64,000 bases of DNA from Candidatus Bathyarchaeota archaeon (GCA_963777155.1 CAVZPM010000031.1:1-64000), one strand, 5' to 3'. Shown: positions 1-11,107, counted from the stretch's first letter. A program made the numbers and translations. Notes: a model not told the origin generated them from the letters alone.

Positions 1-91
1 AGAACCCAACATCGCAATATTAAAATAATGGGAGGACTGATGTGTTAACGAATTCACAAAAATTAGGATAAACTAATAGAGGATATGAAAA

Positions 92-1396
92 ATGAGCAAA
101 AGTGACAAACCACACCTAAACATTATCATCATGGGGCATGTTGACAATGGAAAATCAACAACCACCGGACACTTACTCTACCTAGCAGGTGTAATCGACC
201 AACGAACAATCGACGCTTACAAAGAAGAAGCCGAAAAAATGGGCAAAGCAACATTCCACTTCGCCTGGGTTTTAGACAACTTGAAGGAAGAACGAGAACG
301 AGGTGTCACAATTGACCTTCGATTCCTGCAATTCCCAACCAAGAAATACAACATGACTGTCATCGACGCACCAGGCCACAGAGACTTCATCAAGAACATG
401 ATTACCGGCGCAAGCCAAGCCGACGCAGCAGTCCTTTTCAGCTCAGCCAAAAAAGGCGAGTTCGAGGCAGGAATTGGAGCAGGCGGTCAAACTCGTGAAC
501 ACGCATTCTTAGCATTCACCTTAGGTATACGCCAACTAATCGTTGCCATTAACAAGATGGATGATGCCTCCGTTAACTGGAGTAAAGAAAGATACGATGA
601 AATGAAGAACGAAATTTCAAGAATGCTCAAAATGGTCGGCTACAAGATCGAGAAAGTTAACTTCATACCAGTTTCAGGCTGGACAGGCGACAACTTGATC
701 AAGAAGAGCGAAAAGATGCCGTGGTACACTGGTCCAACCCTGATGGAAGCATTCGACTTACTTGAGATTCCGGCAAAACCAACCAACAAGCCACTACGCA
801 TTCCCATCCAAGACGTCTACAGCATCACGGGCATTGGTACAGTCCCAGTTGGTAGAGTTGAAACAGGTATTCTAAAACCTGGAGCAAACCTAGTCTTTAT
901 GCCATCTAACAAGACAGCTGAAGTTAAATCCATCGAAATGCACCACACACAAATCCCCATGGCTGAGCCAGGCGACAACATCGGAATGAACATCAGAGGC
1001 ATCGCAAAGACTGACATCCACCGCGGAGACGTCGCAGGACCAGTTGACAATCCACCAACCGTTGCAAAAGAATTCATCGGACAAATCATCGTCATCTACC
1101 ACCCAACAGCAATCGCAGCAGGGTACACACCAGTTCTCCACTATCACACTGGACAAATCGCTGTTAAATTCACTGAGTTGATAAAGAAAATCGACCCACG
1201 CACAGGCCAAGTCTCCGAAGAGCACCCAAGCTACCTCAAAACAGGAGATGCAGCATGGGTACGTATGGAGCCACTCCACCCAATCGCAGTCGAAGCATTC
1301 ATTGACTTCCCAGAACTCGGCAGGTTTGCAATTCGAGACATGGGCACCACCGTCGCAGCAGGCGCCATAAAAGAAATAACCAAAAAGGGACCATAA
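92..1396 (+). CDS. tuf: Translation elongation factor aEF-1 alpha
   Basis: GHVDNGKST P-loop, ERERGVTID, DAPGHRDF, NKMD, LGRFAIRDMG. Confidence 0.98.
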   Translation: MSKSDKPHLNIIIMGHVDNGKSTTTGHLLYLAGVIDQRTIDAYKEEAEKMGKATFHFAWVLDNLKEERERGVTIDLRFLQFPTKKYNMTVIDAPGHRDFIKNMITGASQADAAVLFSSAKKGEFEAGIGAGGQTREHAFLAFTLGIRQLIVAINKMDDASVNWSKERYDEMKNEISRMLKMVGYKIEKVNFIPVSGWTGDNLIKKSEKMPWYTGPTLMEAFDLLEIPAKPTNKPLRIPIQDVYSITGIGTVPVGRVETGILKPGANLVFMPSNKTAEVKSIEMHHTQIPMAEPGDNIGMNIRGIAKTDIHRGDVAGPVDNPPTVAKEFIGQIIVIYHPTAIAAGYTPVLHYHTGQIAVKFTELIKKIDPRTGQVSEEHPSYLKTGDAAWVRMEPLHPIAVEAFIDFPELGRFAIRDMGTTVAAGAIKEITKKGP

Positions 1397-1408
1397 ACTC
1401 CCTCCAAC

Positions 1409-1421
1409 ATTTTATTTTTTG
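1409..1421 (+). terminator. Archaeal oligo-T terminator after tuf
   Basis: T-rich tract about 12 nt after the tuf stop codon. Confidence 0.5.
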
Positions 1422-1560
1422 ATTTAAGTCCTAATTTTATAATTAGGTATTCTCACTACTACTAGTTTTCTATAGGTACCATTTTTGTTGTTGCAGCTTG
1501 ACAGTCACAAGTCTATTTATTTCATGTTGTCGAATTGCTTAACTTGTGGTGAGCAGCAGC

Positions 1561-1713
1561 ATGGATTGTAAAAATGGGGAAACTTGCTTGATAAGGAAAG
1601 TTTCTGTTGCTGAAAGCGATGAGAGGTTGGAGCAAGTATCTTTAAGGGATGTGCCACTAGAAGACAGGAAAAAGGAAGCAAAAAAACCCCTGTTCCTAAT
1701 AAGATATGAGTGA
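1561..1713 (+). CDS. 50-aa microprotein, not in ORF track (MDCKNGETCLIRKVSV...KPLFLIRYE)
   Basis: Manual translation; GGTGA SD at 1548-1552; homologous to the ORF at 40567-40795. Confidence 0.6.
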   Translation: MDCKNGETCLIRKVSVAESDERLEQVSLRDVPLEDRKKEAKKPLFLIRYE

Positions 1714-1725
1714 ACACAAAATTCT

Positions 1726-3084
1726 TTATTTTGTAGCGTTTATGTAGTATACGTTTTGATATTGAGTTGGTAAGGTAAACTCGTTGTCCGCGTAGACTAT
1801 ATCTGTTTTTAAATTGTGTTTTTGTAGGGTTAGCACCATAAGATCCCAAATCTGTCTTGTCTGATTATCTGCCTTGAATATTCCCCAAACCTTATCTTCC
1901 ATCCATCTGGTTCCCCACCCATAATTATGAGGTAAAACCAATGCCGAATCAGCTTTAATGGAGCCTCGGATTTCATTGGGATTCTTAATGACATCTTTCC
2001 AGAAGGATTCTAAAGCTTGAAAATGCTCTGTCAGCATGGTACCATAGGGATTAGAATCAGAGTCATAATAGTTGAATAATACAATGTATTTTGCTCCGCA
2101 TTCGTAAGCAGTTCGCATTTGGCTTAGGATTTCTGAACCGTTGTCAAGGTAAGGCGGCTGTTGGTACTTCCAAGTAATAACCGCTCCCCACTCTTTACCC
2201 TGCATTTGTGCGGCTCCACGGACTTGTGCAATCTGCTGGTTTAATGTGAGGTTCCATCCTAGCTGACTTAGAACTACATCATAGCCTGATAGGTAATCGA
2301 ACCAGTAAAGTCCATAATCTGAAGTGAAGACTTTCGTGTTGTTCTTTAAATAGTCAATGTTGTTTTTATCGCGTTCAATGAACCTTTGTGCTGTTTCGTT
2401 TACGTCCTTGAAGGGTCGAATGTTTTGGAGTTGCTGGTAGGTGCGGTAGCTAAAACCGTTGGTTGCTGCTTTAACGATGTTTACTGTGCCATTAGGGTAG
2501 AAGGTTGCTTCGTTATTGGTGTCTGAGTTGCTTGGCTCATATAAGTGTATGAAGCCGTTGAAGTCATAGTTAATCTGTACACCATCAGGTTGCTGAACAA
2601 AAACGTCGCCATACTCCGTCTTTGTTATCTTGTCGCCTGTGGCCGAATCTTCAAACGTAACGTAGTTATCGAGCATTTTTCCACCCGCCTCATCTGCATA
2701 ATAAACGCCCAAGAAATGGTCACCCCACTTCTCTTTTGCGCTCTCAAGCCAACTTGAAAAAGAGGTTTGGACGTAGGCACCAAAATAAGGCAGAAAAAAC
2801 ATTCCCGCAGAAACTGCATAATCCCCCAATTCATCCACGCTTTTGAAGTCCCGCTGCAATAGGCCAGACTGCAAAACAAAGAGGTTCGTGTAACCTTTTA
2901 CTTTATCAATCAACATTTTCCCATCTGCGACCGAGTTCCCACAATAGGCTACCCCTACATAGGCGTCCGCAGGTTTGCCTGAAAAGTTATTTTTAGTGAC
3001 AAAAAGTGCCGCTGACAAAAATGTGATTATAACTATGACCGTCAAAGCTGCTACGTATAACCTCTTCATTGAATGCCTCAACAT
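1726..3084 (-). CDS. Membrane-anchored hypothetical protein, possible glycoside-hydrolase-like barrel; paralog of 61237-62469
   Basis: N-terminal TM; shared motifs FLGVYYxDExGG, FTSDYxLYW, WGAxITWKY; start inferred (ORF track starts at 3144). Confidence 0.75.
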   Translation of the reverse strand: MLRHSMKRLYVAALTVIVIITFLSAALFVTKNNFSGKPADAYVGVAYCGNSVADGKMLIDKVKGYTNLFVLQSGLLQRDFKSVDELGDYAVSAGMFFLPYFGAYVQTSFSSWLESAKEKWGDHFLGVYYADEAGGKMLDNYVTFEDSATGDKITKTEYGDVFVQQPDGVQINYDFNGFIHLYEPSNSDTNNEATFYPNGTVNIVKAATNGFSYRTYQQLQNIRPFKDVNETAQRFIERDKNNIDYLKNNTKVFTSDYGLYWFDYLSGYDVVLSQLGWNLTLNQQIAQVRGAAQMQGKEWGAVITWKYQQPPYLDNGSEILSQMRTAYECGAKYIVLFNYYDSDSNPYGTMLTEHFQALESFWKDVIKNPNEIRGSIKADSALVLPHNYGWGTRWMEDKVWGIFKADNQTRQIWDLMVLTLQKHNLKTDIVYADNEFTLPTQYQNVYYINATK

Positions 3085-3311
3085 ATGGTTAATCAGGGTC
3101 AGTTGATAAGATTTTCTTTTAACGATATTTTTTATCAGTTTCAAGTTCTTTACATTGAAAAGAAAGAACGAAATCTCGTGTAAATATTACACAATAACTG
3201 CAAGGCTAATGTGCATAGTTATGTTCACCTGTAGCACAATATTTTGTTTTTCACTTGTTTCCGAAGTATTAATAAGCGCAAAGAATCCACCCTAACCTGG
3301 GGTATTAGCCT

Positions 3312-5884
3312 ATGTTTAAGCGGAAGCTGAAAATTTTTCTAATTGCATCATTGATACTTGCATTAATTTTACCAACTTATCTTTCTTTTGTTTCATCCTC
3401 AACTGGGAGCATAAAGATCAACACTACTGGCGACAGTACACCTGGACAACAGGTCCAAGCTGGAGGCAACTTAAACCTTTATCTTGGCGGAGTAAGCTGG
3501 ATTAGCGAGAATTTCTATCTCTTCTTGACGCAGGATAGTTCTTCGGAAATAGGTTCCGGCTTAGTTTACACACCAACATTTTCTGTTTATGATGTAGCCA
3601 ATGTAGCTACTATTAAAACATATTCAGGGGAATATGGGACTTGGATTTCAGGAAACAACTGGATTAACGGTTCCATACCCTCAACTTCTGCTCTTGGAAA
3701 CTATTATATCAAAGCAGTCGACCAAATAGGCTTAGTTGCAAAAACTGATACCTATCTCACAATAAACCCAGTGGCTTATAATTCAACTCTAAACGTTTCG
3801 CCTTCCTCAGGACCAGGCGGATTACCAATTACTTTTACTGGGTCAGGGTGGCCCGCAGGATCTAACGTTCAAATTCTGTATAATGACCCCGTTTTCGGTT
3901 GGAAAATATTGACCTCAGTTAACGCTAGCATGTCAGGTCAAATAAGCGTTACTTCAGAAGCGCCAGATCTAAAACAGTCCATCGGAACATATGATGCACC
4001 TGAAACATACACTTCTATTTCCTACCGAGCACAAGTTGCTAGTGGCTCAATAATCAGTTTCGCTAACTATGATGAGTATAAAAGGGGCCTTAAAACAGTC
4101 GGAAACTCTACTGCTTATGGACTTTACGGCAATGGTACAAACCTGATTTCAAACGTTCGTGCAATGGTGGATGATACTATAGCAGTTTCAGGCAACTGGT
4201 TCCATCCAGGTCCAATCTACATTCGATGGGACGGGGTTAACGTCGTCGGAACCGTTTCTAGTAGCGAATGGTTAAACGCAACCATAATCGGCACTACTGC
4301 AACCAATGGAACTGGCTTTTTCAGCACTTACGTAACGATTCCACACGCTAACGCAGGCGAACACTACATAGCCATTGAAGACTCCCAAACCAGAGTAATA
4401 GTTAAAATCTTCATATCCACCGCATCACTACAGCTCTCCCCAGCTTTCGGTCCCGGAGGTGCCACGGTCCAATTTAGCGGTTCAAGTTATCCAGTTTCAT
4501 CGGCAGTTGACGTTTACTATTTAGACCCGGTCTTTTCGACATGGAACTACTGGACTACTGCATCCTCTGATGCTTCAGGTCAAATATCTTTCAGTACCGA
4601 AATGCCTGACCTACGACAGTACTCATACAGCGGTGACAGCAACTATTCCTCCACAGTTTCGTTTAGAACTCAAGTCAATAGTGTTGCCTATTCTTATGCA
4701 GATTATCGAGAATATGCACGGGGACTCCAGCAAGTCGGAACCAAAGTTGCCTACTCTCTCTTTGGGAACGGCACAGACTTATCTTCAAACGTAAGCGTGA
4801 AGCCTGGTGATAGTTTGTTTATTTCTGGCAAATGGTTCCATCCCGGCATAGTTTATGTCAAATTCGACGGCGTTAATGTAGTGGGTACAGTTACTGGGCA
4901 AGAATGGCTAACTGCCCAAGTACTCGGGTCATCTACTGCTAGCCAAACAGGTTCTTTCCAAACAACAGTAACGATTCCAACCGCCAGCGGCGGCTCACAT
5001 TTCTTATCTATAGAAGACACCCAAACGAAGCTGATAACCAAAGTAAACGTTTCAGCTCCCATAATTCCAGCAGCAACTCCTACACCCGCCCCCATTGCAC
5101 CCACGACTAACCCAACTAGTAACCCAGCACCAACAACCACCCCCAACCCCTCATTGTCTACACCAACAATTGACCTTACCTGCAGAAGCACAACTTCACC
5201 CAGCGGATCTAACGTTGAAATAAGTGGCAACTTGTTCCTCAACGGCAATCCTGTTACTGGTTCACCCATCCTGCTCTCATATAGCGTTACCGGCGGCAAC
5301 GCTTGGGAAAGCCTAACACTAGTAAATACCTTGTCAGATGGGAGTTTCAAAGCTATTTGGCAACCTGATGTAACTGGAAACTACCTGATTAAGGCAACTT
5401 CAGACGCAACTTCAACCATGAATGGAGCAAGCAAAACCATCAACCTCGCACTAACACCTGATTCCGAGCACAACGTATTCACTTTGACATCTAACTCGAC
5501 GATCACGCAGTTTACCTTCGACCCAGATAGAAAAAGAATTAAGCTTTGTCGCCTCAGGACCTTCAGAGACAAAGGGTTACGTTAACATCTACATTCCTAA
5601 AACAATTTTAGGCGACATTTCAACGCTTAAAGCCTACGTTGATGGCAACCAAGTAAGCTTCACCAGTGAATCCCAAACAGATTCATGGCTTATTTCCTTC
5701 ACCTACTCGCATAGCACACACACAATAACCATGGCAATGGGCGATGCTGCACAGTTATCTAATACTTACCTGGATTCACTTCCTCAATGGTTACTCTACG
5801 CTATACCCATCGCGTTAGTTGTCCGTCATAGCGGTTATAGTGGTCGTTTTAAAAACCGGAGCCAAAAAGTCTACAAAACTCTAA
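3312..5884 (+). CDS. Large secreted/cell-surface protein with tandem repeats, PT linker and C-terminal TM anchor; two apparent +1 frameshifts (~5533, ~5823)
   Basis: Signal peptide, S/T/N-rich; the frame-corrected C-terminus aligns with 52849-53859 and ends in TM plus basic tail. Confidence 0.75.
3783..5055 (+). repeat. Intragenic tandem duplication of two ~213-aa units (starting 3783 and 4422)
   Basis: Both units contain SPxxGPGG, PDLxQ, GNGTxL, WFHPG, DGVNVVGTV, HxxxIED. Confidence 0.85.
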
Positions 5885-6094
5885 AAACCAAATTTCTTCC
5901 TTTTTCCTTTTATGCATCGCTTATTACGCCATTTTTTTAAGGGATATGATTTGGTGAAAGCAGTAAAAGTAAAACTAGCCTATGAAACATTGAAGAAAAT
6001 GGAAAGAGACCTGAATTTTTTCTGATAGAGCTCCTTATTTAATCGAAAACATCATTAATCGCTTTTGCAATACCGCAACCTTAGAGTTGACCAT

Positions 6095-6826
6095 ATGTCT
6101 GGCAATGAAACGTTGGTTCCATTTATTGGCGAGAAAAAGAAGCTTGGTGAAGAACCCACTATAATCATGGATAGCCGTGAAGCGAGTAGTGCCAAAAAAA
6201 TAGCTTCGGGTCTTGTTGAAAAAGGAGCCAACGTAAAAACACAGCTGCTGGAAAAAGGTGACTATATTCTCTCCGACCAATGTGCCGTGGAACGCAAAAC
6301 AGTCAACGACTTCGTCTACACACTTACAAGGAGGTATTTGTTTGAGCAGCTTTTCCGCCTTAAGGATGTTTACCCCAAATCCCTAATCGTGCTGGAAGGT
6401 TATTTACCGATTATTTACAAGTATAGTAGCATCTCGCCTGCAGCCATCTGGGGTGCCATGTTTAACCTTGCCAAAAATGGCATCGCCATAGTGAACACTG
6501 CTTCCCAGAAAGAAACGGTTGATTTTCTATATACAGCGGCTCGACAAGAACAAGTTATCGAGAAAAGAAGTGCAGTGGTTCACGCTTTCAAAAAATGTGA
6601 TACCCTCTCTGATGCACAGGTGTATTTTGTCGCTAGTTTGCCAAGTATTGGGCGGGAAAAAGCAACGGCTATTTTGGATTCTTACCAGACTCCTCTCAAT
6701 GCCTTGATCAATGTGGATGATTGGGAGAAGGCTGTGCATGGTTTAGGACCTGTAATAACGAATCGTGTGAAGGATGTTTTAAGCACACCCTATAAGGATA
6801 AAAAATGTGAAGAGACTCCTCCTTAA
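6095..6826 (+). CDS. xpf: ERCC4/XPF-family structure-specific nuclease (short form: nuclease plus HhH)
   Basis: DSRE, GDYILS..VERKT nuclease motif, LPSIG/GLG HhH motifs. Confidence 0.88.
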   Translation: MSGNETLVPFIGEKKKLGEEPTIIMDSREASSAKKIASGLVEKGANVKTQLLEKGDYILSDQCAVERKTVNDFVYTLTRRYLFEQLFRLKDVYPKSLIVLEGYLPIIYKYSSISPAAIWGAMFNLAKNGIAIVNTASQKETVDFLYTAARQEQVIEKRSAVVHAFKKCDTLSDAQVYFVASLPSIGREKATAILDSYQTPLNALINVDDWEKAVHGLGPVITNRVKDVLSTPYKDKKCEETPP

Positions 6827-6913
6827 TCTTCCTTCTAACCGTTAAAGTTTAAAGCCATGCCAACATTAATGTAAGAACTCACCAAAAACACCCTGCAAAA
6901 ATAGGCTGTTAAG

Positions 6914-6991
6914 GGGGCCGTCGGCTAGCTTGGTCTAGGCTTGTAGCCTCGGGCGCTATAGACGAGGATTCAAATTCCTCCGGCCCCACCA
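6914..6991 (+). tRNA. tRNA-Pro(CGG), CCA encoded
   Basis: Acceptor stem GGGGCCG/CGGCCCC, anticodon arm GTAGC-CTCGGGC-GCTAT, T-loop TTCAAAT. Confidence 0.95.
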
Positions 6992-7770
6992 ATCTACTTG
7001 ACTTTTCAACCATTTCTTTGTCAAGATACAACCAACATTTACCATAGTAGGATTTACATTTATACCCAATTACATGCACGAGAAGAGGTATGTTATAAGT
7101 CTGGTCAATTCATTAGACATCAATTTCTTAATCTTCTAATTTCTCAAAAAATAATTGGGTCTTTAGATATTAGAGAATCAAAGTGTTTTGTCTTTGGCCA
7201 TTTATTGCGTTTTGAATAGGTATTGAGACTGCTTTGAAATTTTACTTATTGCCTGTGTTTTCGATCGGTACCCAATGAGGGCATGTTCCCCAGTAAAATA
7301 CGTGCTTGCTGAAGTTACAAACCAAGTAAGAAAGATTGCAAAGATTACAATTAGCACATAACTTTGAAACAAGATTGTATTCTTGCGTTTCTTCCAATCT
7401 TCATGCACTATTACACTTTAGATGTTATAGGAAATATAAATCGTGTTTCACCTCTCAGATTATATCAAGAATTGAAAGTCGAGATCACGTTTCCATAAAC
7501 TCTTACTAAAAGGCAATATGAAACGAGGGGTTCAGAGTTTTGTGGAAGATGCAAAGGGTGATGGCGAGCCATCAAATGCATTCCCTCTGAACCCAATTTT
7601 ACGAGAGCACGATTAATCTCTAAAGCTTTACGTTTACTGAATTCATATTTAAAGAAAGGATTTGTGATTAATGTTTTCTTGAATTGAACGTGTTGTATTT
7701 ATGTTGTACACATATACGACGATACGTTTGAATTCTGAATGTTTATATTGAAACCAAATAAAGTGTAGTT

Positions 7771-7884
7771 ATGCCTCAACAAAATGATCAGAAATCAGAG
7801 CAAGTATTCCGTAAACTGCCTGATTGTGGCTACTCAAAAGAAGTGGCTGAGGCAATTTGGCGATGGTATCATCCTAATAAATAG
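7771..7884 (+). CDS. 37-aa microprotein (MPQQ...GYSKEVAEAIWRWYHPNK)
   Basis: Manual translation; TTTATAT box at 7742-7748, spacing fits a leaderless transcript. Confidence 0.45.
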   Translation: MPQQNDQKSEQVFRKLPDCGYSKEVAEAIWRWYHPNK

Positions 7885-8194
7885 GTTCCAAAGAATTCAA
7901 ATTCCAAGTTTTAGGTATCACATAGAAAATGTTGCTATTTAGGGGATTCTTTAAAAAAATAAAAAAGCATTAGCTTTGACGCATTTTGATAACAAGTATT
8001 GTTCATGTTATTTGTTTGGTCATCTTTCGCCAAGAATTGAATATTTTTTTTCTTTTAAGAAACAATAAGTGAAGAATATTAGCTGATTTAGTATTATTGG
8101 GGTCTTAATGGACATATAGTTAGAAAATCTTAATTCTAACTTCGTTCATATCTGAAATAAGCAAGTTTTCTTGCATGAAGAGGAAAGGGAAAAA

Positions 8195-8635
8195 ATGTTT
8201 TGTCAGGGTTGTGGTGTTGAAGTAGGTCAGCAGGATGTATTTTGTAAGTCTTGTGGAAAAAATCTTCACAGCAACCAAGAAACTGGACTCTACTCTTTTG
8301 GTCCTTGGCTTGTGAACGTTTGTTTTAGTCGCCCAGGTACTTTTGTCTTAATGCAAAAGAATGATACAAAAATTGTTCTTACCAACCAACAAATCTATGG
8401 ATCTTCCACTTTCAATAATTCTCCAAGGTTCCAAGTCCCATATCCAACAATTCTTGCTATAGAAAACTTTGATTTCCGCCTTAACTTGGGTCCATGGAAA
8501 GTTCTGTGGATAAAGTATATGGCACCCCAAAAGATCAAGGAAGTATCGATAATGTGTTTCGGTTCCGACTCAGAACACATCGCTAAGGCTTTCAACATTA
8601 TTAGTTTACATTTGCCCAGACCTTTGCCGATGTAG
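8195..8635 (+). CDS. Zinc-ribbon protein with possible PH/GRAM-like domain
   Basis: MFCQGCG...FCKSCG at N-terminus; IVLTNQQI segment. Confidence 0.7.
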   Translation: MFCQGCGVEVGQQDVFCKSCGKNLHSNQETGLYSFGPWLVNVCFSRPGTFVLMQKNDTKIVLTNQQIYGSSTFNNSPRFQVPYPTILAIENFDFRLNLGPWKVLWIKYMAPQKIKEVSIMCFGSDSEHIAKAFNIISLHLPRPLPM

Positions 8636-8799
8636 CTTACAATATTGCTACTTGAAGTTAGTTGAAGTTCAATGGTTTAATTAACTTTCATAGAATTTTG
8701 CCTATGTTTTCATTTCATTTCCTGATAAATGCCGCAAGCAAATAATTATGTTATTTTTAGATTTATTCCCTTCAAAATAATTATTGAGGAGTTAAGGAG

Positions 8800-9060
8800 C
8801 TAGTTTTCCCATACAGATAGCCTTGATGGTTGAAGCGCCTGGGTAGAAATAAAATAGCGCTCGCTGTCTAAGAGCAAGCTTAGTTTATGTTTATTAACAA
8901 AATCGGTTATCAATGCAAGATTGCCGTTATCAACCAGGTTTTGTTCAATAGTTAAAACGATTCCGTCTTTTAAAGTGTCAAGCATCTTTACATCTAAACT
9001 GCAGCTTGAACCAATTTCTCTTTTAAACACCATAGCCTCAAATATCTTCATTTTTTTCAC
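8800..9060 (-). CDS. Hypothetical protein
   Basis: 86-aa ORF with GTG start in an AGGTGA context. Confidence 0.6.
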   Translation of the reverse strand: MKKMKIFEAMVFKREIGSSCSLDVKMLDTLKDGIVLTIEQNLVDNGNLALITDFVNKHKLSLLLDSERYFISTQALQPSRLSVWEN

Positions 9061-9347
9061 CTATCCAAATTTAGCCTCGCACGTTAGCCAAAAATATCTG
9101 GACCAGTGAATGCAAACTTGGGTTATTTATAATATGAGCTTGAGCTCTCTTAAGGCTTCGCCTTATGCGAGCGCCATGCCTATGCCTTCTGCCACCCGTT
9201 GACCTTATTCTGAGTCTGCTTTGTAGAAGTTTCTTGCTTGCCGAAGATAGATGTCTTTGTTTTCGTTGCGAAGGTGGGTTACTATGTTGCCACTGCGGAT
9301 CTGCGGTTGATATGCATCATTACTTTGCAGAATGTAGTAAAAAGTAG

Positions 9348-10418
9348 TTACCGATTTTTTGATTTCTCGTAAGCATTCGAAATGGCTTCACTGGTTAAAA
9401 CACCAACAACCTTCGTGGGTATCGCCCTGTCAACTACTGGAACTAAATCAATTTTTTCTCGCGTCATAATTTTGTTAGCTTCAAGAATTGATTCATCATC
9501 AAAAACTGAAATGTTCTTCAGCGGCATCTGCATAACCTTCATGATGTTACGCTCCTCAGCTCTAACTTTCATCAATTCATCCCATGTGACAACACCTTGA
9601 AAAACTCCGTCTTTTTCCACCAACGTATCGTGATACCGGTTTTTGAACATAACTTCTATAGCCTCCGTCAAGCTTTGATCAGGACTAACTGAACCGAACT
9701 CGTACTGCATAACATTTTTGACCCGTACACCCGCTAATGCTGTGGAGACAATGGTTTGCTCAGCTTCTTCACTCGCGCCAATGTAAACAAAAATTCCAAC
9801 CAATATCAACAAGAAGTAATTGGGGAAAATGAAGCCTACAACAACCATCACAATGCCAAAAATTCTGCCCAGATAAACTGCGTATCTGGTCGCGTCCGAG
9901 TACTTCATTCGTTCAGCCAGCAAAGCCCTGAACACTCTACCGCCGTCCATTGGGAAGGCTGGAATCAAATTGAAAACGCCCAAGAGGATATTTAGGGTGG
10001 CAAGGTCGAAGATGAAATTTCCCGTAACGGATACGAATATTGCAAGCTTGAATAGCTGCGGGAAAAATATCACCCCGACAGAAAGCAGACTAACACCTAT
10101 GACCATACTCGTAAGAGGTCCAGCAACAGCCATCCGCCACTCCTGAGACGGATTATCGGGGATTTCTTCGATCTCGGAGACGCCCCCTATTGGATATAAA
10201 ATAATTTTTCGAACTCTAATTCCATAACGTCTCGCGACTACGGAATGCGCTAGTTCATGGAAAATAACAAAAATAAATAAGAAAAGCACGATGAAGAATG
10301 TGTAAAACTTCTGAGTGGGCAGTGACAGGACAAAAACTGCAGCGATCAACAAAAAGAAGGTTATGTGCAGTTCGATAGGTATACCCCAAGCTGAACCTAT
10401 CTTAATAGAATTCTTCAT
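9348..10418 (-). CDS. Site-2 protease (M50) with C-terminal CBS pair
   Basis: HELAH, NLIPAFPMDGGR, multiple TMs, CBS domains. Confidence 0.93.
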   Translation of the reverse strand: MKNSIKIGSAWGIPIELHITFFLLIAAVFVLSLPTQKFYTFFIVLFLFIFVIFHELAHSVVARRYGIRVRKIILYPIGGVSEIEEIPDNPSQEWRMAVAGPLTSMVIGVSLLSVGVIFFPQLFKLAIFVSVTGNFIFDLATLNILLGVFNLIPAFPMDGGRVFRALLAERMKYSDATRYAVYLGRIFGIVMVVVGFIFPNYFLLILVGIFVYIGASEEAEQTIVSTALAGVRVKNVMQYEFGSVSPDQSLTEAIEVMFKNRYHDTLVEKDGVFQGVVTWDELMKVRAEERNIMKVMQMPLKNISVFDDESILEANKIMTREKIDLVPVVDRAIPTKVVGVLTSEAISNAYEKSKNR

Positions 10419-10609
10419 GACTAAACAAGGGCACGATAGACTTTTTTAAAGTTTCGAAAGCAAACGCTTAATCCTGATATCAGTTTATTTATGATGAAAA
10501 AACCCTACAAGTCACAAAAATTATAAAGCCATCCACCTTTAGCATGGATATTAAATAAGAAGGCTTTACATGCCCGAAACAAAAAGCGGAATAAAATGGA
10601 GACAGACAA

Positions 10610-11107
10610 ATGAATAAGAAAATTTTAGGTATTATTATTGCAGTCGTTGTTTTGTGCGCCTTCGTGGCTGTTTTTCTAGCTGAATATGCAATGGCTACAC
10701 ACCAACAGCCGACAGGAGTACTGGATTTTACTGTTAGTGCCTCAAGTGATTGCCTCAGGTTTCTAAACAGCTCAGTGGGGACAATCTATGTGCCTTTTAC
10801 TACTGCGGCAAACCAGAACTGGCAATTAACCGTTAATTGCACTAAAATGCCTGGAGGCGCCAATGGTTATACCGATGTCTATATCTACAAGGGTTACTGG
10901 AATGGCGGCGCAAACTATACTTGCAAAGCAAGCGACCTATATCTAATACTTGACGACATACAAAGCACAGATTGCCAAATACGCCTAGGCACACCTTATA
11001 TTGAGACCTTTGGCGCATCAACCCAGCAAAGCTACACAGTGTTCTTTGTGGTTCCCCCAGGCGGACAACAAGCAACCTTTCACATAACACTAAAACAAGT
11101 GCAGTAG
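10610..11107 (+). CDS. Secreted or membrane-anchored hypothetical protein
   Basis: MNKK plus hydrophobic N-terminus, beta-rich body. Confidence 0.75.
   Translation: MNKKILGIIIAVVVLCAFVAVFLAEYAMATHQQPTGVLDFTVSASSDCLRFLNSSVGTIYVPFTTAANQNWQLTVNCTKMPGGANGYTDVYIYKGYWNGGANYTCKASDLYLILDDIQSTDCQIRLGTPYIETFGASTQQSYTVFFVVPPGGQQATFHITLKQVQ

Noticed and set aside
1517-1849. 110-aa minus-strand ORF
   Set aside because: It overlaps the 1726 gene in another frame and is antisense to the better-supported microprotein at 1561-1713.
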